Of a stretch of DNA of 64,000 nucleotides, positions 10,756-22,700 are shown piece by piece. The DNA is from Yuukianura sp. NJ FZ-2021. Lineage: Eukaryota. The position numbers were made by a program, and so were the translations under genes. Positions within the stretch are counted from its first letter, which is position 1, and every line of letters starts with the position of its first letter. The notes under the pieces were generated by a model. It did no database searches, was not told the DNA's origin, and saw only the letters and a list, made by a program, of their open reading frames with translations. The stretch is from NCBI GenBank assembly GCA_046563655.1, contig CM102283.1:4030001-4094000 (forward strand), in the 5' to 3' direction.

Positions 10756-11554
10756 GACACAACTACTCAAGTTGATAGGAAGTGACAATGTGTTACCTTA
10801 CCTCCAGTTCAAACTCTTCACTCTACGAACTAAGTGTTTTCCAGAGGCTGTCCCGGAGTAATGTCTTTGAGTTTAGTCAGAAGGAAAAGGAGGGTTTATT
10901 TAGTCCAAGTTCCCAAAGAAATAATTTACCTCACAAATTGTTCCCTTAACTTTACGTTTTAGCTAAGTTATAAGGTAGTGTTGAGGCTCCCCCTCCACGT
11001 ACAAACGTTTTAGAATCACAGAAAGTGTCTCTCCTTTGGAACTTGTTTTACTTTTTCAAACTCAAAAGCTCAAATATTCAGCACCAGTTCTGTTCCAAAT
11101 GCTTTCACTCCAAAGTTTGAAGTTAATCTCCCGATTAGAGTTGTGGAAGGATTAGTTGAGGCTTAAAACCAGTATTATGACTAGTAATGCGAAAAATAGT
11201 TGAGGAATGCTGGGAGGGAAAGTTGAAATTCCAGAAAGCATTGTGATGTGACAAGGAAGACAAAATTGATGCTACTTAGGCTAGAATTTGGACACGTTGT
11301 TTTTATAAAAGTGTCTTTTCCAGTTCCTTTTCCATTCTTAAATTGTATTCCAAACAATTGTTTTAGTTTTTAAAAGTTACAAATTATTTGAAGAGTGACA
11401 GAGTTGAGTTTACAAATTAATTAGTTTCCCCTTGACTAAAGATTGTTAAGAAATCGCTGGCCCCAGTTGTGGAGGTACAGAAACCTAACCGATCAACAAA
11501 TGTACTTTCCTTTGTACGCTTACGTAGATTTTAGTTCACATTCAAAACAAAACG

Positions 11555-11560
11555 TCAGTT
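11555..11560 (+). promoter_or_regulatory. Initiator-like TCAGTT, putative TSS of the small downstream gene
   Basis: Matches the arthropod Inr TCAGTY and lies upstream of putative exons 11764-11901 and 12357-12772. Confidence 0.35.
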
Positions 11561-12869
11561 GGGGTTTTCCTGCCGCCATCGTGGCTTCGTGTGTATAAAA
11601 ATAAAAAGGTTACAAGGCGTTTAGCACATAACTTTTAAAAGGCATTCACGTAATTGGGAAATGTTAAAAATGGAAGATGCAACTCTTGTACCGGTTTTCT
11701 TCAGGAGCATTTTTGCACAAGTTACGCTCTTTTCTAATCAAGTTTTTGTTTTGTTTTTTGCAGGATTTGTTACATCTGTAAACAGCGACCGGATTTAACT
11801 GGAAAAGTGGAAGAGTCGAAGGATGCTGGAGATTCCCAAAAGCGTCCTATGCTACTTCATCTCTAAAACATTTATGAAACGCTGCTGAATTCATGGATGA
11901 GGTGAGTTTTACTTTTAGCTTTGGTAAACCTAACCTAGTCTAACTTTTGCATTTTTTTAAATGAATTTGCAGAACAGTTTGAAGCTCATAAGGTGGTGAA
12001 CTTATGTAGCTCTTTGAGAACGCGACCGGTTTTAGAAAGGAAGCTGGAGGCAGAGGGTTGTGACCCCCCTGACTTGTGCTAACCTTGAATTTTGTGTTTT
12101 CCATTTAAATTTAGCTTATCCATAGGAGGTGTGGCTTTCCAATTCCAGTTTTAAAATTTGAGTTTCCTTTCCAGGATTTATTTTAATTTGAGGATAGCGA
12201 TGTACTTGGTACTCACATTTCCTTCCTTGTTCGACAAGAACCTCAACAACAAGTATGAAGATGGACTTTAGTCTCAGAGGGGTGAGCACTGTTGCTTCAC
12301 GTGGACACTTTATACAAGTTTCACAAGATTTTACCAAAGCCTTTTTTATATTTCAGATGAAAAGTGGAAATTCAAGTTATTGAGAGCGAGCCAGTAAACA
12401 AAGATGCGACTTCATACTTGAATGTTCCACCTCCCGCCGGAACCCCAGTGCTGGGGAGGTCTCAAGATCGGCAGTATAAAAGGAAATGGGAGGAACCTCC
12501 AGTCAATTCACTCCAACAGGTTTTGGATTCTCATTACAAACTACTTCTCCCAACATCCACTTACAAGTGCTGGTCATTTGCTAACCATTCTACCAAGGAG
12601 TCTCCGACGCCATATCTTCCTCTCCATCGCAAACTGTGGCCTCCGGTCTCGCAACTTCCTCGGTTCAAACAGTCGCGTTTCATTTTCAAAATTCAGACGG
12701 CAACTCAATTCAAGATTTCAACGAGTCTAGTCAATTTGTGCTTTCACTTCAAAACTACGCACCTCCCAAGTGGTAAGACAGGACATATTGTGACAAGACC
12801 AGTTAGGTTAGGTTAGATTCTAATGAAGATTGTGCTAATTTTGTTTGAGTAGACCCGGGAGTGGGGACG

Positions 12870-13185
12870 ATGTCTGGAATTGGAGCTCACACGGCCTTCA
12901 AAGTGCGGAGTGCCTTCAGCGTGCATAGCAGCGGTGGAGGTCAGCAGTCAGCCAAAGGATGTTGCGCGCCCTCTGGGATGAGCAGTGGTAATTCCCATTC
13001 AAAATGGCAGTAATGAGGGTGTACTTGGGAAAAGTAATAAAATGGTTTGTGTTTCAGTGGCTGATGATGGATGTGGTCCAACCAAGTACAGCGAGAAGAT
13101 GATGATGAGCATTTGGGGATTGTACAACAAGTATTCTGTCCACAACATCAAGAGCCACAGTCCATTCAGCAACGGCGGCAACTGA
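12870..13185 (+). CDS. Small uncharacterised protein (81 aa), possibly the C-terminal part of a 228-aa protein starting at 11893
   Basis: Exons 12870-12987 and 13058-13185 encode MSGIGAHTAFKVRSAFSVHSS...KYSEKMMMSIWGLYNKYSVHNIKSHSPFSNGGN, with AATAAA at about 13236. Upstream exon 12357-12772 splices in frame (phase 1) to 12853. Confidence 0.6.
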
Positions 13186-13489
13186 AAGCCTCGACATTTA
13201 TTATTCATACAACATTCTACAATTCTTTCACTTCCAATAAATCAACTTTCTTCAAAAAATACCACAGTTGCTCACTTTGATTTTCACAGTTTCAACTCTG
13301 GAGGGATTCCTATTGATGGGGAGCTATTTTCTTCATGTAGAGCACCTTTCGCAGCGACTGGAGCCGAAATTTATAGAAAAAAGTGTTCCATACAAATTCA
13401 GAATAACGGAAATTCGACATGTTCGCTTTTGAATGTGTAATCCCATAGATGTTGAGTCGCTGAATAAATCTGAAACTGCAACCAGATAC

Positions 13490-16400
13490 CCCCGAACTAT
13501 TTTTTGCCGAAAATTTTTTGTTTGACAAAGTTTTTTATTGAACTTTTTTTTTTCTTTTTTCAAAATTTTGGATAGTGTTTTTAATTTTTTATGAAATTCT
13601 ACATTCTTTTCCGAGTTCAGAACCATCGAATTTACCTTTCTATCACTTTTCGTTCTCAAGTTATGAATTTTCAAAAATTTTGAACTTTTTTTAAAATTTC
13701 GAAAAACTTTAAAAATTCATAACTCCGGAATGAAAGTGACAGAGAGGTGTACTCGACGGTTCTGAACTCGCAAAAATAAGAAGAATTTTATAAAAAATTA
13801 AAAAAACCACCCAAAATTTTGGCCAAATTTCGAAAAAATTGAAGGCTATAGCCTTAGGATTTTTTTTGGCCGAAAATTTTTTTGTTCGTTTTCGGCAATT
13901 TTATAATTTATAAAAATTCTTCATATGTGTGCATGTTCTGACGTGAAAGATGAGCCCTGTGGCACTCTCCGTTCCAGAGTTATGAATTTTCAAAAATTTT
14001 GAACTTTTTTTAAAATTTCGAAAAATTTCAAAAATTCATAACTCCGGAATGAAAAGTGATAGAGAGGTATACTCGACGGTTCTGAACTCGCAAAAATAAG
14101 AAGAATTTTATAAAAAATTAAAAACACCACCCAAAATTTTGGCCAAATTTCGAAAAAATTGAAGGCTATAGCCTTAGGATTTTTTTGGCCGAAAATTTTT
14201 TTGTTCGTTTTCGGCCCTTTTATAATTTATAAAAATTCTTCATATGTGTGCATGTTCTGACGTGAAAGATGAGCCCTGTGGCACTCTCCGTTCCAGAGTT
14301 ATGAATTTTCAAAAATTTTGAACTTTTTTTAAAATTTCGAAAAATTTCAAAAATTCATAACTCCGGAATGAAAAGTGATAGAGAGGTATACTCGACGGTT
14401 CTGAACTCGCAAAAATAAGAAGAATTTTATAAAAAATTAAAAACACCACCCAAAATTTTGGCCAAATTTCGAAAAAATTGAAGGCTATAGCCTTAGGATT
14501 TTTTTTGGCCGAAAATTTTTTTGTTCGTTTTCGGCCCTTTTATAATTTATAAAAATTCTTCATATGTGTGCATGTTCTGACGTGAAAGATGAGCCCTGTG
14601 GCACTCTCCGTTCCAGAGTTATGAATTTTCAAAAATTTTGAACTTTTTTTAAAATTTCGAAAAATTTCAAAAATTCATAACTCCGGAATGAAAAGTGATA
14701 GAGAGGTATACTCGACGGTTCTGAACTCGCAAAAATAAGAAGAATTTTATAAAAAATTAAAAACACCACCCAAAATTTTGGCCAAATTTCGAAAAAATTG
14801 AAGGCTATAGCCTTAGGATTTTTTTTGGCCGAAAATTTTTTTGTTCGTTTTCGGCCCTTTTATAATTTATAAAAATTCTTCATATGTGTGCATGTTCTGA
14901 CGTGAAAGATGAGCCCTGTGGCACTCTCCGTTCCAGAGTTATGAATTTTCAAAAATTTTGAACTTTTTTTAAAATTTCGAAAAATTTCAAAAATTCATAA
15001 CTCCGGAATGAAAAGTGATAGAGAGGTATACTCGACGGTTCTGAACTCGCAAAAATAAGAAGAATTTTATAAAAAATTAAAAACACCACCCAAAATTTTG
15101 GCCAAATTTCGAAAAAATTGAAGGCTATAGCCTTAGGATTTTTTTGGCCGAAAATTTTTTTGTTCGTTTTCGGCCCTTTTATAATTTATAAAAATTCTTC
15201 ATATGTGTGCATGTTCTGACGTGAAAGATGAGCCCTGTGGCACTCTCCGTTCCAGAGTTATGAATTTTCAAAAATTTTGAACTTTTTTTAAAATTTCGAA
15301 AAATTTCAAAAATTCATAACTCCGGAATGAAAAGTGATAGAGAGGTATACTCGACGGTTCTGAACTCGCAAAAATAAGAAGAATTTTATAAAAAATTAAA
15401 AAAACCACCCAAAATTTTGGCCAAATTTCGAAAAAATTGAAGGCTATAGCCTTAGGATTTTTTTGGCCGAAAATTTTTTTGTTCGTTTTCGGCCCTTTTA
15501 TAATTTATAAAAATTCTTCATATGTGTGCATGTTCTGACGTGAAAGATGAGCCCTGTGGCACTCTCCGTTCCAGAGTTATGAATTTTCAAAAATTTTGAA
15601 CTTTTTTTAAAATTTCGAAAAATTTCAAAAATTCATAACTCCGGAATGAAAAGTGATAGAGAGGTATACTCGACGGTTCTGAACTCGCAAAAATAAGAAG
15701 AATTTTATAAAAAATTAAAAAAACCACCCAAAATTTTGACCAACTTTTGAAAAAATTGAATGCTATATGGGGAAATCGACCTCTTTAATCATATACAAAC
15801 TTTCAAAAGCACATTTCCTTGAGGAAATCGACCTCTTTAATCATATACAAACTTTCAAGAGCTCATTTCCCTGGGGAAATCGACCTGTTTAATTATATAC
15901 AAACTTTCAAAAGCTCATTTCCCCGGCGAAATCGACCTGTTTAATTATATACAAACTTTCAAAAGCTCATTTCCCTGGCGAAATCGACCTCTCTAATCAT
16001 ATGCCTTAGGATTTTTTTTGGCCGAAAATTTTTTTGTTCGTTTTCGGCCCTTTTATAATTTATAAAAATTCTTCATATGTGTGCATGTTCTGACGTGAAA
16101 GATGAGCCCTGTGGCACTCTCCGTTCCAGAGTTATGAATTTTCAAAAATTTTGAACTTTTTTTAAAATTTCGAAAAATTTCAAAAATTCATAACTCCGGA
16201 ATGAAAAGTGATAGAGAGGTATACTCGACGGTTCTGAACTCGCAAAAATAAGAAGAATTTTATAAAAAATTAAAAAAACCACCCAAAATTTTGGCCAAAT
16301 TTCGAAAAAATTGAAGGCTATAGCCTTAGGATTTTTTTGGCCGAAAATTTTTTTGTTCGTTTTCGGCCCTTTTATAATTTATAAAAATTCTTCATATGTG

Positions 16401-19400
16401 TGCATGTTCTGACGTGAAAGATGAGCCCTGTGGCACTCTCCGTTCCAGAGTTATGAATTTTCAAAAATTTTGAACTTTTTTTAAAATTTCGAAAAATTTC
16501 AAAAATTCATAACTCCGGAATGAAAAGTGATAGAGAGGTATACTCGACGGTTCTGAACTCGCAAAAATAAGAAGAATTTTATAAAAAATTAAAAACACCA
16601 CCCAAAATTTTGACCAAATTTTGAAAAAATTGAAGGCTATATGGGGAAATCGACCTTTTTAATCATATACAAACTTTCAAAAGCTCATTTCCCTGGGGAA
16701 ATCGACCTCTTTAATCATATACAAACTTTCAAAAGCTCATTTCCCTGGGGAAATCGACCTGTTTAATTATATACAAACTTTCAAAAGCTCATTTCCCTGG
16801 GGAAATCGACCTGTTTAATTATATACAAACTTTCAAAAGCTCATTTCCCTGGCGAAATCGACCTCTCTAATCATATGCCTTAGGATTTTTTTGGCCGAAA
16901 ATTTTTTTGTTCGTTTTCGGCCCTTTTATAATTTATAAAAATTCTTCATATGTGTGCATGTTCTGACGTGAAAGATGAGCCCTGTGGCACTCTCCGTTCC
17001 AGAGTTATGAATTTTCAAAAATTTTGAACTTTTTTTAAAATTTCGAAAAATTTCAAAAATTCATAACTCCGGAATGAAAAGTGATAGAGAGGTATACTCG
17101 ACGGTTCTGAACTCGCAAAAATAAGAAGAATTTTATAAAAAATTAAAAACACCACCCAAAATTTTGGCCAAATTTCGAAAAAATTGAAGGCTATAGCCTT
17201 AGGATTTTTTTGGCCGAAAATTTTTTTGTTCGTTTTCGGCCCTTTTATAATTTATAAAAATTCTTCATATGTGTGCATGTTCTGACGTGAAAGATGAGCC
17301 CTGTGGCACTCTCCGTTCCAGAGTTATGAATTTTCAAAAATTTTGAACTTTTTTTAAAATTTCGAAAAATTTCAAAAATTCATAACTCCGGAATGAAAAG
17401 TGATAGAGAGGTATACTCGACGGTTCTGAACTCGCAAAAATAAGAAGAATTTTATAAAAAATTAAAAAAACCACCCAAAATTTTGACCAACTTTTGAAAA
17501 AATTGAATGCTATATGGGGAAATCGACCTCTTTAATCATATACAAACTTTCAAGAGCTCATTTCCCTGGGGAAATCGACCTGTTTAATTATATACAAACT
17601 TTCAAAAGCTCATTTCCCCGGCGAAATCGACCTGTTTAATTATATACAAACTTTCAAAAGCTCATTTCCCTGGGGAAATCGACCTCTCTAATCATATGCC
17701 TTAGGATTTTTTTGGCCGAAAATTTTTTTGTTCGTTTTCGGCCCTTTTATAATTTATAAAAATTCTTCATATGTGTGCATGTTCTGACGTGAAAGATGAG
17801 CCCTGTGGCACTCTCCGTTCCAGAGTTATGAATTTTCAAAAATTTTGAACTTTTTTTAAAATTTCGAAAAATTTCAAAAATTCATAACTCCGGAATGAAA
17901 AGTGATAGAGAGGTATACTCGACGGTTCTGAACTCGCAAAAATAAGAAGAATTTTATAAAAAATTAAAAACACCACCCAAAATTTTGGCCAAATTTCGAA
18001 AAAATTGAAGGCTATAGCCTTAGGATTTTTTTTGGCCGAAAATTTTTTTGTTCGTTTTCGGCCCTTTTATAATTTATAAAAATTCTTCATATGTGTGCAT
18101 GTTCTGACGTGAAAGATGAGCCCTGTGGCACTCTCCGTTCCAGAGTTATGAATTTTCAAAAATTTTGAACTTTTTTTAAAATTTCGAAAAATTTCAAAAA
18201 TTCATAACTCCGGAATGAAAAGTGATAGAGAGGTATACTCGACGGTTCTGAACTCGCAAAAATAAGAAGAATTTTATAAAAAATTAAAAACACCACCCAA
18301 AATTTTGGCCAAATTTCGAAAAAATTGAAGGCTATAGCCTTAGGATTTTTTTTGGCCGAAAATTTTTTTGTTCGTTTTCGGCCCTTTTATAATTTATAAA
18401 AATTCTTCATATGTGTGCATGTTCTGACGTGAAAGATGAGCCCTGTGGCACTCTCCGTTCCAGAGTTATGAATTTTCAAAAATTTTGAACTTTTTTTAAA
18501 ATTTCGAAAAATTTCAAAAATTCATAACTCCGGAATGAAAAGTGATAGAGAGGTATACTCGACGGTTCTGAACTCGCAAAAATAAGAAGAATTTTATAAA
18601 AAATTAAAAACACCACCCAAAATTTTGGCCAAATTTCGAAAAAATTGAAGGCTATAGCCTTAGGATTTTTTGGCCGAAAATTTTTTTGTTCGTTTTCGGC
18701 CCTTTTATAATTTATAAAAATTCTTCATATGTGTGCATGTTCTGACGTGAAAGATGAGCCCTGTGGCACTCTCCGTTCCAGAGTTATGAATTTTCAAAAA
18801 TTTTGAACTTTTTTTAAAATTTCGAAAAATTTCAAAAATTCATAACTCCGGAATGAAAAGTGATAGAGAGGTATACTCGACGGTTCTGAACTCGCAAAAA
18901 TAAGAAGAATTTTATAAAAAATTAAAAAAACCACCCAAAATTTTGACCAACTTTTGAAAAAATTGAATGCTATATGGGGAAATCGACCTCTTTAATCATA
19001 TACAAACTTTCAAAAGCACATTTCCTTGAGGAAATCGACCTCTTTAATCATATACAAACTTTCAAGAGCTCATTTCCCTGGGGAAATCGACCTGTTTAAT
19101 TATATACAAACTTTCAAAAGCTCATTTCCCCGGCGAAATCGACCTGTTTAATTATATACAAACTTTCAAAAGCTCATTTCCCTGGCGAAATCGACCTCTC
19201 TAATCATATGCCTTAGGATTTTTTTGGCCGAAAATTTTTTTGTTCGTTTTCGGCCCTTTTATAATTTATAAAAATTCTTCATATGTGTGCATGTTCTGAC
19301 GTGAAAGATGAGCCCTGTGGCACTCTCCGTTCCAGAGTTATGAATTTTCAAAAATTTTGAACTTTTTTTAAAATTTCGAAAAATTTCAAAAATTCATAAC

Positions 19401-19615
19401 TCCGGAATGAAAAGTGATAGAGAGGTATACTCGACGGTTCTGAACTCGCAAAAATAAGAAGAATTTTATAAAAAATTAAAAAAACCACCCAAAATTTTGG
19501 CCAAATTTTGAAAAAATTGAAGGCTCGACGGTTCTGAACTCGCAAAAATAAGAAGAATTTTATAAAAAATTAAAAACACCACCCAAAATTTTGGCCAAAT
19601 TTCGAAAAAATTGAA
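13490..19615. repeat. Satellite A, 319-320-bp AT-rich unit with internal inverted symmetry, about 16 copies
   Basis: GCCTTAGGAT landmark at 13851, 14171, 14490, 14810, 15130, 15449 and onward. The first unit is diverged; the array runs into the N gap. Confidence 0.95.
15768..19209. repeat. Four 52-bp minisatellite blocks embedded in satellite A (about 15768-16002, 16642-16876, 17515-17697, 18975-19209)
   Basis: Unit TGGGGAAATCGACCTCTTTAATCATATACAAACTTTCAAAAGCTCATTTCCC, 3.5-4.5 copies per block, always between GCTATA and GCCTTAGG. Confidence 0.93.
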
Positions 19616-19715
19616 NNNNNNNNNNNNNNNNNNNNNNNNNNNNNNNNNNNNNNNNNNNNNNNNNNNNNNNNNNNNNNNNNNNNNNNNNNNNNNNNNNNNN
19701 NNNNNNNNNNNNNNN
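19616..19715. other. Scaffold gap (100 N)
   Basis: Exactly 100 Ns; the true size is unknown. Confidence 0.99.
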
Positions 19716-22700
19716 AATGTCTCTATTTTTGTAGTCTGTCTCCATAGCGTCAAATTAAAATTGCTATCATGGTACAATTCCGTTCCTCAGGATTGAATTT
19801 CAGACCTTAGTTGAAAAATATTTTCAACAACACTGGTTTCGAAAAACCACTTGAAGATCCTCAAACTAGACAAATGTCCCTATTTTTGTAGTCTGTCTCC
19901 ATAGCGTCAAATTAAAATTGCTATCATGGTACAATTCCGTTCCTCAGGATTTAATTTCAGACCTTAGTTGAAAAATATTTTCAACAACACTGGTTTCGAA
20001 AAACCACTTGAAGATCCTCAAACTAGACAAAAGTCCCTATTTTTGTAGTCTGTCTCCATAGCGTCAAATTAAAATTGCTATCTTGGCACAATTCCGTTCC
20101 TCAGGATTCAATCAGACCTTAGTTGAAAAATATTTTCAACAACACTGGTTTCGAAAAACCACTTGAAGATCCTCAAACTAGACAAATGTCCCTATTTTTG
20201 TAGTCTGTCTCCATAGCGTCAAATTAAAATTGCTATCTTGGCACAATTCCGTTCCTCAGGATTCAATCAGACGTTAGTTGAAAAATATTTTCAACAACAC
20301 TGGTTTCAAAAAACCACTTGAAGATCCTCAAACTAGACAAATGTCTCTATTTTTGTAGTCTGTCTCCATAGCGTCAAATTAAAATTGCTATCATGGTACA
20401 ATTCCGTTCCTCAGGATTGAATTTCAGACCTTAGTTGAAAAATATTTTCAACAACACTGGTTTCAAAAAACCACTTGAAGATCCTCAAACTAGACAAATG
20501 TCCCTATTTTTGTAGTCTGTCTCCATAGCGTCAAATTAAAATTGCTATCTTGGCACAATTCCGTTCCTCAGGATTCAATCAGACCTTAGTTGAAAAATAT
20601 TTTCAACAACACTGGTTTCAAAAAACCACTTGAAGATCCTCAAACTAGACAAATGTCCCTATTTTTGTAGTCTGTCTCCATAGCGTCAAATTAAAATTGC
20701 TATCTCGGCACAATTCCGTTCCTCAGGATTGAATTTCAGACCTTAGTTGAAAAATATTTTCAACAACACTGGTTTCAAAAAACCACTTGAAGATCCTCAA
20801 ACTAGACAAAAGTCCCTATTTTTGTAGTCTGTCTCCATAGCGTCAAATTAAAATTGCTATCTTGGCACAATTCCGTTCCTCAGGATTCAATCAGACGTTA
20901 GTTGAAAAATATTTTCAACAACACTGGTTTCAAAAAACCACTTGAAGATCCCCAAACTAGACAAATGTCCCTATTTTTGTTGTCTGTATCCATAGCGTCA
21001 AATTAGAATTGCTATCATGGTACAATTCCGTTCCTCAGGATTGAATTTTAGACCTTAGTTGAAAAATATTTTCAACAACACTGGTTTCAAAAAACCACTT
21101 GAAGATCCTCAAACTAGACAAATGTCCCTATTTTTGTAGTCTATCTCCATAGCGTCAAATTAAAATTGCTATCATGGTACAATTCCGTTCCTCAGGATTT
21201 AATTTCAGACCTTAGTTGAAAAATATTTTCAACAACACTGGTTTCAAAAAACCACTTGAAGATCCTCAAACTAGACAAATGTCCCTATTTTTGTTGTCTG
21301 TATCCATAGCGTCAAATTAAAATTGCTATCTTGGCACAATTCCGTTCCTCAGGATTCAATCAGACCGTAGTTGAAAAATATTTTCAACAACACTGGTTTC
21401 AAAAAACCACTTGAAAATCCTCAAACTAGACAAATGTCCCTATTTTTGTAGTCTGTCTCCATAGCGTCAAATTAAAATTGCTATCTTGGCACAATTCCGT
21501 TCCTCAGGATTCAATCAGACCTTAGTTGAAAAATATTTTCAACAACACTGGTTTCAAAAAACCACTTGAAGATCCTCAAACTAGACAAATGTCCCTATTT
21601 TTGTAGTCTGTCTCCATAGCGTCAAATTAAAATTGCTATCATGGTACAATTCCGTTCCTCAGGATTCAATCAGACCTTAGTTGAAAAATATTTTCAACAA
21701 CACTGGTTTCAAAAAACCACTTGAAGATCCTCAAACTAGACAAATGTCCCTATTTTTGTAGTCTGTCTCCATAGCGTCAAATTAAAATTGCTATCATGGT
21801 ACAATTCCGTTCCTCAGGATTCAATTTCAGACCTTAGTTGAAAAATATTTTCAACAACACTGGTTTCGAAAAACCACTTGAAGATCCTCAAACTAGACAA
21901 AAGTCCCTATTTTTGTAGTCTGTCTCCATAGCGTCAAATTAAAATTGCTATCTTGGCACAATTCCGTTCCTCAGGATTCAATCAGACCTTAGTTGAAAAA
22001 TATTTTCAACAACACTGGTTTCAAAAAACCACTTGAAGATCCTCAAACTAGACAAATGTCCCTATTTTTGTAGTCTGTCTCCATAGCGTCAAATTAAAAT
22101 TGCTATCATGGTACAATTCCGTTCCTCAGGATTGAATTTCAGACCTTAGTTGAAAAATATTTTCAACAACACTGGTTTCGAAAAACCACTTGAAGATCCT
22201 CAAACTAGACAAATGTCCCTATTTTTGTAGTCTGTCTCCATAGCGTCAAATTAAAATTGCTATCATGGTACAATTCCGTTCCTCAGGATTTAATTTCAGA
22301 CCTTAGTTGAAAAATATTTTCAACAACACTGGTTTCGAAAAACCACTTGAAGATCCTCAAACTAGACAAATGTCCCTATTTTTGTAGTCTGTCTCCATAG
22401 CGTCAAATTAAAATTGCTATCTTGGCACAATTCCGTTCCTCAGGATTCAATCAGACCTTAGTTGAAAAATATTTTCAACAACACTGGTTTCGAAAAACCA
22501 CTTGAAGATCCTCAAACTAGACAAATGTCCCTATTTTTGTAGTCTGTCTCCATAGCGTCAAATTAAAATTGCTATCTTGGCACAATTCCGTTCCTCAGGA
22601 TTCAATCAGACCTTAGTTGAAAAATATTTTCAACAACACTGGTTTCAAAAAACCACTTGAAGATCCTCAAACTAGACAAATGTCCCTATTTTTGTAGTCT

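Noticed and set aside
11893-12816. Ornithine decarboxylase antizyme
   Set aside because: The short ORF1 plus +1 ORF2 layout is similar, but there is no UCC-UGA site and no antizyme motifs in ORF2.
12801-12816. (TTAGG)n telomere-like motifs here and near 11929 and 62384
   Set aside because: Only 2-3 copies each, too short to call interstitial telomeres.
19500-19716. Direct biological junction between satellites A and B, and the partial duplication at about 19525-19615
   Set aside because: Separated by a placeholder gap; contig-end sequence, adjacency and orientation are unverified.
13310-19796. K/F/N-rich ORFs in and around satellite A and across the gap
   Set aside because: Products of AT-rich repeats and Ns.
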